Origin: Candidatus Eiseniibacteriota bacterium
GTDB lineage: Bacteria > Eisenbacteria > RBG-16-71-46
DNA length: 25,002 nucleotides
Direction of reading: 5' to 3'
Assembly (NCBI GenBank): GCA_044223005.1
Contig: JBGAML010000029.1
Location: 1 to 25,002, forward strand
Part shown: piece by piece, positions 16,499 through 24,745 of the stretch
Layout: each line of letters begins with the position of its first letter
Numbering within the stretch: the stretch's first letter is position 1
The notes under the pieces: generated by a model
Database searches by the model: none
The model's input: only the letters and a program-made list of their open reading frames with translations
What the model was told of the DNA's origin: nothing
Made by a program: the position numbers and the translations under genes

Positions 16499-17857
16499 TC
16501 AGCGGCCGAGCGCGTCGAGCTTCTTGCGGAACGCGGCGATGCGCGCGGGGGAGCGCTGCTCCTCCGGGAGCGCTTCGGCGTAGGCGATGCCGGCCGTGAG
16601 CGTGCTGCGCGCGGCGGGGAGGTCGCCACGGCCCTTCTCGATCTCGGCGCGCAGGTCGTAGAAGTTGAGCTTGCGCGGACCGTAGGCGAGGGCCATCGCG
16701 CGATCGCACGCCGCCAGCGCGTCGTCCCAGCGCTTCATCGCGCGGTACGCCGCCGCGAGGCGGGCGGGCGGGTTGTAGTCGCCCGGCATGTCGCGTTCGG
16801 ACTGCTGCAGCATCGTGACGGCGCGCTCGGGCTCGCCGAGCTCGAGGTACGCCGAGAGCCGGTGCGGATCGAACACCGCGCGCTGCTCCGGCGTCCGCGC
16901 GCGAGCGGCCTGGCCGTCGAGGAAGTCCGACCACCGGCGCGCGACCGCGCGGGCCCCGAGCGAGTCGTCCAGCTGCTGGCGCGCGTCGAGCAGCGCGATC
17001 CACGCACCGGAGCGGTCGTCCGCGGCCGCGACGTAGGTCGTGTCCTCGACCAGCGTACGGGTCGCGGCGTCCATCTCGGCGATCGCTCCCGCGCGGCCGG
17101 CCGCGGAATCGGGCAGCGCCAGCGCGGAGGAGAGCGCGGAGGACGCGACGTTGAGCGCCGACACGGAGCGGCCGAGCCGGGGCAGCCAGGCCCGCGCCAG
17201 GTCGACCACGCGGCCGTCCTGGTGCGTCTGCCCGAGCGCGAAGAGCTGCGCCTCGACCACGCGGATCGCGCCGTGCCAGCCGGCGGGAGCGTCGGCGAGA
17301 ACGTGGTCGTACGCCGGCACCGCCGCGGCGTAGTCGGGCACCCCGTAAAGGCTGTCGGCGCGCGCGAGCGCCGTGATCAGCGCCTGCGGTGCGCCGCCGT
17401 GTGATTCGGCGTCGTCCAGGAACGCGTGCAGCTGCGGCAGTGTGAAGCCGCCCAGCCAGCTGACGCTCACCGTGGCCGTCGCGGGATCGATCAACATGAA
17501 CGTCGGGACGCCGGTCACGGGGAAGCGCCGGCGGAACTCCGAGTTGGTCGCGTTCTCACGGTCGATGTCGAGCCAGACGAACCGTCCGGCGTGCCGACGA
17601 AGGCTGGTGTCCGAGAGGACGAAGGCCTTCATCGATCGGCACGTGTGTCACCACGGAGCCCAGTTCTCGACCAGGATCGGGACCTTGCGTGCCCGCGCCA
17701 GCGACAGCGCTTTCGGCCAGTCGTTCTCGATCCACGGCAGGGGCCCTCGGGCCGCGGGCGGCCGCCGGGCGCCCCGGGCGGGGGCCGCGGCGGACGTGGC
17801 CACGAAGGCCGCCAGGAGCAGGCCCGCCATCGCCATGAGCCGGAACGAGATGCGCAT
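16499..17857 (-). CDS. Predicted selenoprotein (452 aa): signal peptide + thioredoxin-like domain with UxxC + TPR-like helical repeats
   Basis: ORFs 17857-17648 and 17632-16499 are in the same frame, separated by TGA plus five sense codons, reading ENWAPW-TGA-HTCRSMK. The upstream half has WIENDWPKALSLARARKVPILV and the downstream half has the cis-Pro motif VTGVPTFMLID. A SECIS-like hairpin follows the TGA. Confidence 0.85.
17590..17643 (-). promoter_or_regulatory. Putative bacterial SECIS element
   Basis: On the minus strand after UGA: GUG-CCGA-uc-GAUGAA-[GGCC]-UUCGUC-cuc-UCGG-a-CAC (17642-17607). The apical loop begins with G after a 20-nt spacer from the UGA. An alternative longer fold extends to 17590. 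Confidence 0.65.
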
Positions 17858-17992
17858 GGGTGGCAGACTACCACCGCTTCCGGACGTCCGGAAGCCGGGG
17901 CGCGGACGGCCTCAAGTCCCGGCCCGAAAGCACCGAAAATCGGAAGGAGGGTCCATGCGCTCCCCGCGCGTGGCGAGACCGAGGGGGCTCCG

Positions 17993-18376
17993 ATGCCGGA
18001 TTACCAGCAGAAGCGCGAGTTCACGCGCGTGCCCGTCCACATCTGGGGCACGTTCAAGGACGGGGACCGCGAGCTGCTCACGGCGGAGATCACCGCCTTG
18101 AGCCTGCGAGGCTGCTACGCCTCGACGTTCGAGGCGCTGCCGCAGGGTGAGGAGCACATGCTCATGCTCTTCACCGAGGACGACGCGCACGCACTCCACA
18201 TCACGGTGAAGGCGCGCATCGTGCGCTCGACCGAGGACGGCATGGGCGTCGAGTTCATCGAGATGCCGCTCGAGAGCTACGACCACCTGCGCCACATGGT
18301 GCTGCTCAACGCGTCCGATCCCGACACCGTCGAGCACGAGTTCCGCACGCACGTCGGCATCAAGCGCGCGAGCTGA
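17993..18376 (+). CDS. Stand-alone PilZ-domain protein
   Basis: KREFTRVP (RxxxR), ITALSLRGCY (x-x-SxxG), ARIVRS...GMGVEF; 127 aa; GAGG SD. Confidence 0.85.
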   Translation: MPDYQQKREFTRVPVHIWGTFKDGDRELLTAEITALSLRGCYASTFEALPQGEEHMLMLFTEDDAHALHITVKARIVRSTEDGMGVEFIEMPLESYDHLRHMVLLNASDPDTVEHEFRTHVGIKRAS

Positions 18377-18387
18377 ACCCTGCGACG

Positions 18388-18429
18388 CGAAGCGGCCCGG
18401 GAGTCCTGCTCCCGGGCCGCTTCGTCTTT
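18388..18429. terminator. Intrinsic terminator between the convergent PilZ and ACT genes
   Basis: 16-bp perfect stem CGAAGCGGCCCGGGAG/CTCCCGGGCCGCTTCG with a TCCTG loop, followed by TCTTT on the + strand. Confidence 0.8.
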
Positions 18430-18443
18430 CCGTCCGTACGGAC

Positions 18444-18857
18444 TCAGCCGCCGAGGACGGACATCGCCTTCTCGGAGTCCTGCGGGCGCATGTAGAGCAC
18501 GGTGCCGTAGAAGCCACGGCCGTCGGTGACGGCACTCGAGGCGTAGACCTGCACGCCGCCGCGATGGAGCTGCGAGTGGAGCTTCGCCACGACGCCGAGT
18601 TCGTCCTCGCCCTGCACGAGCAGCGCCGCGTGCGGACCTTCGAGCGCCAGGCCCACGGCACGGGCGGCGTCCTGCATGCGCGCGGCGTCCTCGGGGAAGA
18701 GCGTCAGCTGCATCGCGTCCGGCCCGAGCGGCATGGTGTTGAGGGCGAGCAGGTTCACGCCCTTGCCCGCGAGATGCGTCAGCACCTCGAAGGCATCGTC
18801 CGGTTCGCCACGCACCGTGGCGTAGAAATACTGCACGCGCCGCACCGACGCCGCCAT
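18444..18857 (-). CDS. Small tandem ACT-domain-like protein
   Basis: ATG at 18857 with GGAGGT SD. Two repeats of the ACT-like pattern: VRGEPDDAFEVLTHLAGKGVNL and VQGEDELGVVAKLHSQLHRGGVQV. Confidence 0.7.
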   Translation of the reverse strand: MAASVRRVQYFYATVRGEPDDAFEVLTHLAGKGVNLLALNTMPLGPDAMQLTLFPEDAARMQDAARAVGLALEGPHAALLVQGEDELGVVAKLHSQLHRGGVQVYASSAVTDGRGFYGTVLYMRPQDSEKAMSVLGG

Positions 18858-18975
18858 GCTCCACCTCCGTTCCCGTACGCGGCCGGCACCCCCGGCCACC
18901 CGTGCAGGGTAGGGCCGCCAGGCGCACGGACGCCAGCGAAGAGGATGCCGCGGGAGAACGCAGGCCCGCCGGCGT

Positions 18976-19479
18976 TCAGCGCGTGCCGGTGTGCCCGAAG
19001 CCGCCGCCGCCGCGTGCCGTCGGGGTGAGCTCCGTGGCCGGCTCCCATTCCACGCGCGGCACGCGCGCGAGCACCATCTGTGCGATCCGCATGCCGCGCT
19101 CGATCGTCACGGGCTCGTGGCCGAGGTGGACGAGCGCGACGACGATCTCGCCACGGTAATCCGAGTCGATGGTGGCGGGCGTGTTGGGGAGCGTGACGCC
19201 GTGCTTCGCCGCCAGCCCGGAGCGCGGGCGGATCTGCATCTCGAAGCCGGGAGGAACCTCGATCGCGAGCCCCGTGGGCACGCGGACGATCGCTCTGGGC
19301 TCGAGGCGCAGCGGTGCGTCCACGGCGGCCCGCACGTCGAGCCCCGCGGAGCCCGCGGTCTCGTACGCGGGCAGCGGCAGCCCGTCGGCGTGCGGCAGCT
19401 GCACGACCCGGACGCGGACCGGGGCCGGCGGATCGCCGGCCCCGGTCCCGTCGTGGCGTGGGAGCGGGGTGCCGCTCAC
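18976..19479 (-). CDS. dut: dUTP diphosphatase
   Basis: AGLD, QIRPRSGLA, TIDSDYRGE, RIAQ and RGGGGFGHTG motifs; probable GTG start overlapping the peptidase stop (GTGA). Confidence 0.96.
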   Translation of the reverse strand: MSGTPLPRHDGTGAGDPPAPVRVRVVQLPHADGLPLPAYETAGSAGLDVRAAVDAPLRLEPRAIVRVPTGLAIEVPPGFEMQIRPRSGLAAKHGVTLPNTPATIDSDYRGEIVVALVHLGHEPVTIERGMRIAQMVLARVPRVEWEPATELTPTARGGGGFGHTGTR

Positions 19480-21428
19480 CGGCCGATCGTCTCGTCGAGG
19501 AAGTTCGCCATGCGTTCGTAGAAGTAGATGCGGTTGTCGAGCTTGACGAACCCGTGGCCCTCGTCCGGGGCGATGAACACCCGCGGGTTGCGGCCGCGGT
19601 CCTTGAGCGCCACCGCGAGCTGCATCGCCTCCTCGACCGGCACGCGCGGGTCGTTGAACCCGTGCGCGATGAAGACGGGCACCTGGATCTTGTCCGGCCG
19701 GCGGATGCTGGAGACGCTCTGCAGGAACGTCGAGTCCGCGAGCGGGCCGTACTCGGCTTCGCGCAGCTTGCGCCGGTAGCCGCTGGTCTTCTCGAGGAAG
19801 CCCTTCATGTTCACGATCCCGACCACGTCGACGCAGGCGCCGAACAGCCGCTGCGGACGCTTGCCCGCGTCCACGCGCTCCTGGTCCTCGACCACGCACG
19901 CGACGGACATGAAACCGCCGTACGATCCGCCGTACGTCGCGATCCGCCCCGGCGTGGCGTAACCGCTGGCGACCAGCCATTCGGCGGCGTCGACGCCGTC
20001 GCGCACGGAATCCCAGCGCTTCGTGTAGTCGTCGAGCATCTGGTAGGCGCGGCCATAGCCCGTGCTCCCGCGCACGTTCGGCATCAGCAGTCCGTAGCCG
20101 CGCGAGAGGAAGTACTGCATCGTCGCGCTGAACTCGGGCCGGTGTTCGCTCTCGGGGCCGCCGTGGTAGACGACGACGAACGGGATCGCCTTGCCCTTCG
20201 CCGCGCCGGGCGGCATGAAGAGGAACGCGGGGATCGAGCGGCCGTCGAACGCCGGGATCTTCACCAGCTCGGGCAGCGGGAACGAAGCGAGGTCGATGCC
20301 CTGGTCGTCGACCCACGTGAGCTGGCGGGTGACCGGCGCCGCCTTGAGATCGCGGCTCCACGTCGTCGCGTAGCTCGTCCGCGGCGTGCGCGCGTTCGAG
20401 ATGGACCACACCATCGTGCGACCGCCGAAGTCGGTCACGGCGGCGACGCCGCGCTCCATGGCCGGCATCGGCACCGTGGTCCAGCCGGGGAGGGCGTAGA
20501 CGCGGATGTTGCCGTAGCCGTCTTCGTTGGTCTCGACGGAGACGAGGTCGCGGTCCTGCGACAGCCCGGCACCGTCGAGCTCGAACTTCGCCAGTGCCGG
20601 CAGCGGCTCGGTCACGGCGCCCGTCTTGAGGTTCTTGACGTACAGGCGGTTGATGCCGTCCTTCCAGTCGGACGTCATCAGTACCGACTTCTCGTCCGGC
20701 GTGTACCCGACGCCGACGCAGACCGAGGTGCCGGTCGCCGGTTTGAGTGAGAGCTCGGTCAGCTTGCCGGTCGCGGTGACCAGCTCGAAGCAGCGGACGT
20801 CGGACGCCGAGAACTCGTGCATGACGATCATGCGGCTGCCGTCCCGGGTCACGTCGGACGCCCGCCAGGAGCCTTCCTCGCCCAGAAGCCGGGTCGCCTT
20901 CCGGGTCGCGAGGTCCCAGCGGTACAGGTGGAAGTCCGACGGGCTTTCGTCGTTGGCCGTGTAGACGAATCCGGAGCCGTCGCGCAGCCAGAAGTTCACG
21001 GCGGCCTGGACCTTCGGGTTCTCGAGCACGGGCACGGTGGGCGCACCGGCCGGGGCCGTCAGGTCCATGAGCGTGAGCTGGGTGTTCTCGTTGCCGCCGA
21101 TCGCGTGCAGGAGCACGACCCAGTGCCCGTCCCGCGACGGCGCGAAACTCGCGAGCCCATCGGTGTAGTTCGTCAGGCGCGTGACCGTGACGTCGCCGGA
21201 CTTGTAGGAGGGACTGGTGGCCGTCTTCGGCGTGACGCGGTACAGCTGGAACACGCCGTCCGGCCAGTCGCGCTGGAGCAGCGAGCCGTCGGGCAGCACC
21301 ACCGGTGCGCCCGGGACGCGGATCTTGAGGAACTGGCTGATCGAGGGTGGTGCCGCGAACGCGGAACCCGCGGCGAGCGAGCCGGCGAGTCCGAGCAGGG
21401 CGAGCAGCATTCGTCCGTGATGACGCAT
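19476..21428 (-). CDS. Exported S9-family (prolyl oligopeptidase/acylaminoacyl peptidase-like) serine peptidase
   Basis: Signal peptide ending SAFA; propeller-like N-terminal region; YHGGPE, NVRGSTGYG, GGSYGG nucleophile, HGFNDPRV and DEGHGF; GGAGG SD before ATG 21428. Confidence 0.93.
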   Translation of the reverse strand: MRHHGRMLLALLGLAGSLAAGSAFAAPPSISQFLKIRVPGAPVVLPDGSLLQRDWPDGVFQLYRVTPKTATSPSYKSGDVTVTRLTNYTDGLASFAPSRDGHWVVLLHAIGGNENTQLTLMDLTAPAGAPTVPVLENPKVQAAVNFWLRDGSGFVYTANDESPSDFHLYRWDLATRKATRLLGEEGSWRASDVTRDGSRMIVMHEFSASDVRCFELVTATGKLTELSLKPATGTSVCVGVGYTPDEKSVLMTSDWKDGINRLYVKNLKTGAVTEPLPALAKFELDGAGLSQDRDLVSVETNEDGYGNIRVYALPGWTTVPMPAMERGVAAVTDFGGRTMVWSISNARTPRTSYATTWSRDLKAAPVTRQLTWVDDQGIDLASFPLPELVKIPAFDGRSIPAFLFMPPGAAKGKAIPFVVVYHGGPESEHRPEFSATMQYFLSRGYGLLMPNVRGSTGYGRAYQMLDDYTKRWDSVRDGVDAAEWLVASGYATPGRIATYGGSYGGFMSVACVVEDQERVDAGKRPQRLFGACVDVVGIVNMKGFLEKTSGYRRKLREAEYGPLADSTFLQSVSSIRRPDKIQVPVFIAHGFNDPRVPVEEAMQLAVALKDRGRNPRVFIAPDEGHGFVKLDNRIYFYERMANFLDETIGR

Positions 21429-21790
21429 GAGAATCCTCCGGCCGACGTGGGGTCCCCGGCCTGGACCGGACGGGGAGGCGGAACCTACCGCCTCGCGGGC
21501 GCCGGGCACAATGCACGGAGCGACGAACGCGCCTGCGGGATTCACGAAACGTGGAACTTCCGGGTTGCCTGCCACGAAACTTCGTGCACTTCCCGGTGTA
21601 AGGCGACGTGCCGGACGACGCGATTCCGGCGTAGGATGTCCCCGCCGGCCGGAAGCCCCCAACTTCTCCAGGGCCGGGAAGCCGTGTCACGGGTGTCCCT
21701 CCGATCCATCCCGGAGTGGAAGTCGCCATCAGGATCACCCGCGTGCCGTCGCGGCCTCACCGTGGTGCCACTCGAGGAGTTCCAGGTCCC

Positions 21791-22297
21791 ATGCGCGTTC
21801 CGCCCGCCGTTCGCATCCTCGGGCTCGCCGCGTTGCTCGCGGCTGCCCCGGGACTTCCGGCCGCATTCGCCAAGGGCCGGGCCGTCCCGGCCCCCGCCTT
21901 CACGCTGCCCACGGAGAAGGGGAGCGTCAGTCTCGATTCGCTGCGCGGCAAGGTCGTCCTCGTCGACTTCTGGGCGTCGTGGTGCGGCCCGTGCCATCGC
22001 TCGTTCCCGTGGATGGCCGAGATGCAGCAGAAGTACGGGCCGCGCGGATTCGTCGTGGTCGCCGTCAACCTCGACAAGACACGCGACGCCGCCGCGACCT
22101 TCCTCGCTTCGGTGCCCGCGCCGTTCACCGTCGCGTACGACCCCTCCGGTCACATTGCGTCCGCCTATCGCGTCGAAGGAATGCCGACCAGCGTGCTCGT
22201 CGGCCGGGACGGCACCGTGCTCGAGAAGCACATCGGTTACGAACCCGCCCGCGCCGCGGCGTTCGAATCCCTCATCCAGGAGGCCTGCACCCGATGA
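21791..22297 (+). CDS. TlpA/ResA-family thiol-disulfide oxidoreductase
   Basis: Signal peptide, LRGKVVLVDFWASWCGPC and GMPTSVLV; GAGGAG SD. Confidence 0.93.
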   Translation: MRVPPAVRILGLAALLAAAPGLPAAFAKGRAVPAPAFTLPTEKGSVSLDSLRGKVVLVDFWASWCGPCHRSFPWMAEMQQKYGPRGFVVVAVNLDKTRDAAATFLASVPAPFTVAYDPSGHIASAYRVEGMPTSVLVGRDGTVLEKHIGYEPARAAAFESLIQEACTR

Positions 22298-22530
22298 CGC
22301 ACCGCCGTCGCCGGATCGCGTTCGCCGCACTGCTGCTCCTCGTCGCCGCCGCGTCGGGCGGCTGCGCCGCCATGGCCGTGAAGCCCTGGGACCGGGATCT
22401 CCTCGCCGAGAAGCGCATGAGCTTCACGCCGCTGCCGATGCACTCGGCGCTCGACGACCACATCTACTTCAGCAAGGAGGGCTCGACCGGCGGCCAGGAG
22501 GTCGGTGGCGGGGGGTGCGGATGCAACTGA
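22294..22530 (+). CDS. DUF4266-like small lipoprotein
   Basis: ATGA overlap; lipobox-like SGGC; VKPWDR...HIYFSKEG...GGGGCGCN C-terminus typical of this family. Confidence 0.85.
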   Translation: MTHRRRRIAFAALLLLVAAASGGCAAMAVKPWDRDLLAEKRMSFTPLPMHSALDDHIYFSKEGSTGGQEVGGGGCGCN

Positions 22531-23780
22531 CCTCCGGGAGCGGGGCCCTGCGGGCGCGGCTGCGCGCCGCCGCCTGCGTGCTGCTCGCGGTCGGCGCGCC
22601 CGTCATCGCGCGTGCCGAGGCACCCGCCGCGAAGTGGCAGTTCGACGCGACCGGGCTCGCCTACGGCGAGAAGGGGCGCACGACGATCGTCGAACCGGTC
22701 GGGCGCCTGACGCGGCTGTTCGCCGACGGCCAGTCGTTCTCGGCCCAGTTCACCCTCGATGCGATGACCGGCGCCTCGCCCAGCGGCGCGCAGCCCTCGG
22801 GCAAGGTGGTCACCACGACCTCCGCGTCCGGAACGGTGTCCACGTCGCGGGCCAACGAATTGCCGACACGACCGTTCCGCGACATGCGCGGCGCGCTCGA
22901 CCTCTCGTGGGTCCGGCCGATCGGCGGCGACTTCACCCTCACGACCGGCGGGCACGTCTCGCGCGAGCGGGATTACTCGTCGGTGGGCGGGCGCGCGCAG
23001 GCGGCGCTCGATCTCGACCATCACCTGCTCACCCTGAGCGGCGGGGCCGGCGTCAATCGCGACCGCGTGTTCCCGATGGGCGGGATCCCCGTGGGTCTGC
23101 AGGATCGCAGCGTGCTGCAGGCGGACGGCAACCAGGGCAAGGAACTGACGGACGTGATGGTGGGCGTCTCGCGCGTGCTGACCCGGCGCTGCCTCGTCGC
23201 GGTCAACGCCACGCGCACGCACGAGAGCGGCTACTTGAGCGAGCCGTACAAGGTGGTGAGCGTCCTCGACGCCACCGGGGCCCCGGCGAGCGAACTCGCG
23301 GAGAAGCGCCCCGACACGCGCGACCGCACCGCGATCCTCGGCAGCACGGTGTACCACCTGCGGCGGGACGTCGTGTACGGCTCGTACCGCTGGTATCACG
23401 ACGACTGGGGCGTGCGCTCGCACACGATCGACCTCAAGTACCGCACCGACCTGCCGGAGCACGACTGGCTGCAGCCGCACCTGCGCTGGTACTCGCAGAG
23501 CGCGGCGGACTTCTTCGTGTTCGGCCTGCATCCCGGCGCGCCGATCCCGCGGTACGCGACGAGCGACCTGCGCCTGGGACCGCTGCGTTCGGCCACGCTC
23601 GGGCTCACGTACGGTTGCCCGGTCCCGAACGGTCCGGGAGAACTGACGGTGCGTGGCGAGTACATCCGGCAGTGGGGGAACGGCCATCCCGCCGATGCGA
23701 TCGGCGTGCAGCGGAACATGGACCTCTTCCCGGGCGAGGACACGTTCACCGTCGTGGCCGGCTGGAGCGTGCAGTTCTGA
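22521..23780 (+). CDS. DUF3570-like outer-membrane beta-barrel protein
   Basis: MQLT start overlapping the upstream GCGCN stop; signal peptide; DAMTGAS, SRERDY, GYLSEPYK, EKRPDTR and YRWYHDDWGVRSHT motifs; C-terminal Phe (WSVQF). Confidence 0.85.
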   Translation: MQLTSGSGALRARLRAAACVLLAVGAPVIARAEAPAAKWQFDATGLAYGEKGRTTIVEPVGRLTRLFADGQSFSAQFTLDAMTGASPSGAQPSGKVVTTTSASGTVSTSRANELPTRPFRDMRGALDLSWVRPIGGDFTLTTGGHVSRERDYSSVGGRAQAALDLDHHLLTLSGGAGVNRDRVFPMGGIPVGLQDRSVLQADGNQGKELTDVMVGVSRVLTRRCLVAVNATRTHESGYLSEPYKVVSVLDATGAPASELAEKRPDTRDRTAILGSTVYHLRRDVVYGSYRWYHDDWGVRSHTIDLKYRTDLPEHDWLQPHLRWYSQSAADFFVFGLHPGAPIPRYATSDLRLGPLRSATLGLTYGCPVPNGPGELTVRGEYIRQWGNGHPADAIGVQRNMDLFPGEDTFTVVAGWSVQF

Positions 23781-24694
23781 GCACGCCCTCCGGTCCGGAA
23801 CGTTCCGTCGCCGCGGGCGGGCTCGCCCGCGGCGACGGGCACTGGATCGGGCGTTTCACGGCGCTGGGCGGCCCCTGCGAGGTGCTCGTCGACACGGACG
23901 ACCGCCGGGTGGCGACGGAACTCGTCGCGGAGGCGCGCGAGGAGGCCCTGCGGATCGAGCGGAAGTTCAGCCGCTACCGCGACGACAGCGTGGTGTACGC
24001 GATCCACGCTGCGCGCGGCCGGCCGTTCGAGGTCGACGACGAGACCGCGGCGCTGCTGGACTACGCCGCGCTCTGCCACGAGATGTCCGGCGGCCGCTTC
24101 GACATCACGTCGGGCGTCCTGCGCCGGGCGTGGACGTTCGACGGTCGCGAGGTGGAGCCCGATGCGGGGGCCATCGCCAGACTGCTGCGCTTCGTCGGCT
24201 GGTCGCGTCTCTCGTGGCGGCGGCCCGAACTCGTCCTTCCGGAGGGAATGGAGCTCGATTTCGGCGGCATCGGCAAGGAGTTCGCGGTGGACCGGGCGGC
24301 GGGGCTCGTCGCGGGCTCCACCGAGGCCGCGGTGCTGGTGAACTTCGGCGGCGATCTCTTTGCGAGCGGACCCCGCCGTGGCGGCCAGCCCTGGGCCGTG
24401 GGCGTCGACGACCCGGCACACACGGGAGAGGGCGCGGTCGCGACGCTCGACCTCGAGCGCGGCGGCCTCGCGACCAGCGGCGACGCGCGGCGCTTCGTGA
24501 CGTGGCGCGGGCGCCGGCTCGGGCACATCCTCGATCCGCGGACCGGCTGGCCGGTCGAAGGCGCGCCGCGCTCGATCACGGTGCTGGCGCCCACGTGCGT
24601 CGAAGCGGGCACACTGTCGACGCTGGCCTACCTGCGAGGCCCCGACGCGGCGTCATTCCTCGCCGAGCAGGCCGTGTTCCACCGCATCACCTGA
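23777..24694 (+). CDS. apbE: FAD:protein FMN transferase (ApbE family)
   Basis: FSRYRDDS, GRFDITSG, LDFGGIGKEFAVD, VNFGGD, ATSGD and HILDPRTGWP motifs. The start is inferred at CTG 23777. Confidence 0.9.
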   Translation: MSTPSGPERSVAAGGLARGDGHWIGRFTALGGPCEVLVDTDDRRVATELVAEAREEALRIERKFSRYRDDSVVYAIHAARGRPFEVDDETAALLDYAALCHEMSGGRFDITSGVLRRAWTFDGREVEPDAGAIARLLRFVGWSRLSWRRPELVLPEGMELDFGGIGKEFAVDRAAGLVAGSTEAAVLVNFGGDLFASGPRRGGQPWAVGVDDPAHTGEGAVATLDLERGGLATSGDARRFVTWRGRRLGHILDPRTGWPVEGAPRSITVLAPTCVEAGTLSTLAYLRGPDAASFLAEQAVFHRIT

Positions 24695-24745
24695 GTTGTG
24701 CTCGGATGAATGCAGTTGGCGCGGGAGGTGCAGTGATCCTCCGGT

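Noticed and set aside
17648..17857. 69-aa ORF as an independent small protein, or the split gene as a pseudogene
   Set aside because: The stop falls precisely on the catalytic Cys position, the frame is preserved, there is no other decay, and a SECIS-like hairpin follows. Recoding is more parsimonious, though unproven.
18976..21738. 920-aa ORF as a giant dUTPase fusion (likewise the extended ORFs 22505-24694, 20817-23780, 5805-7409 and 14932-16485)
   Set aside because: The upstream portions are alternate frames or the antisense of neighbouring genes. The real starts are at stop/start overlaps.
22516..22530. Possible Sec read-through at the DUF4266 CGCN-TGA end
   Set aside because: GCGCN is the normal C-terminus of this family, and the TGA overlaps the start region of the next gene.
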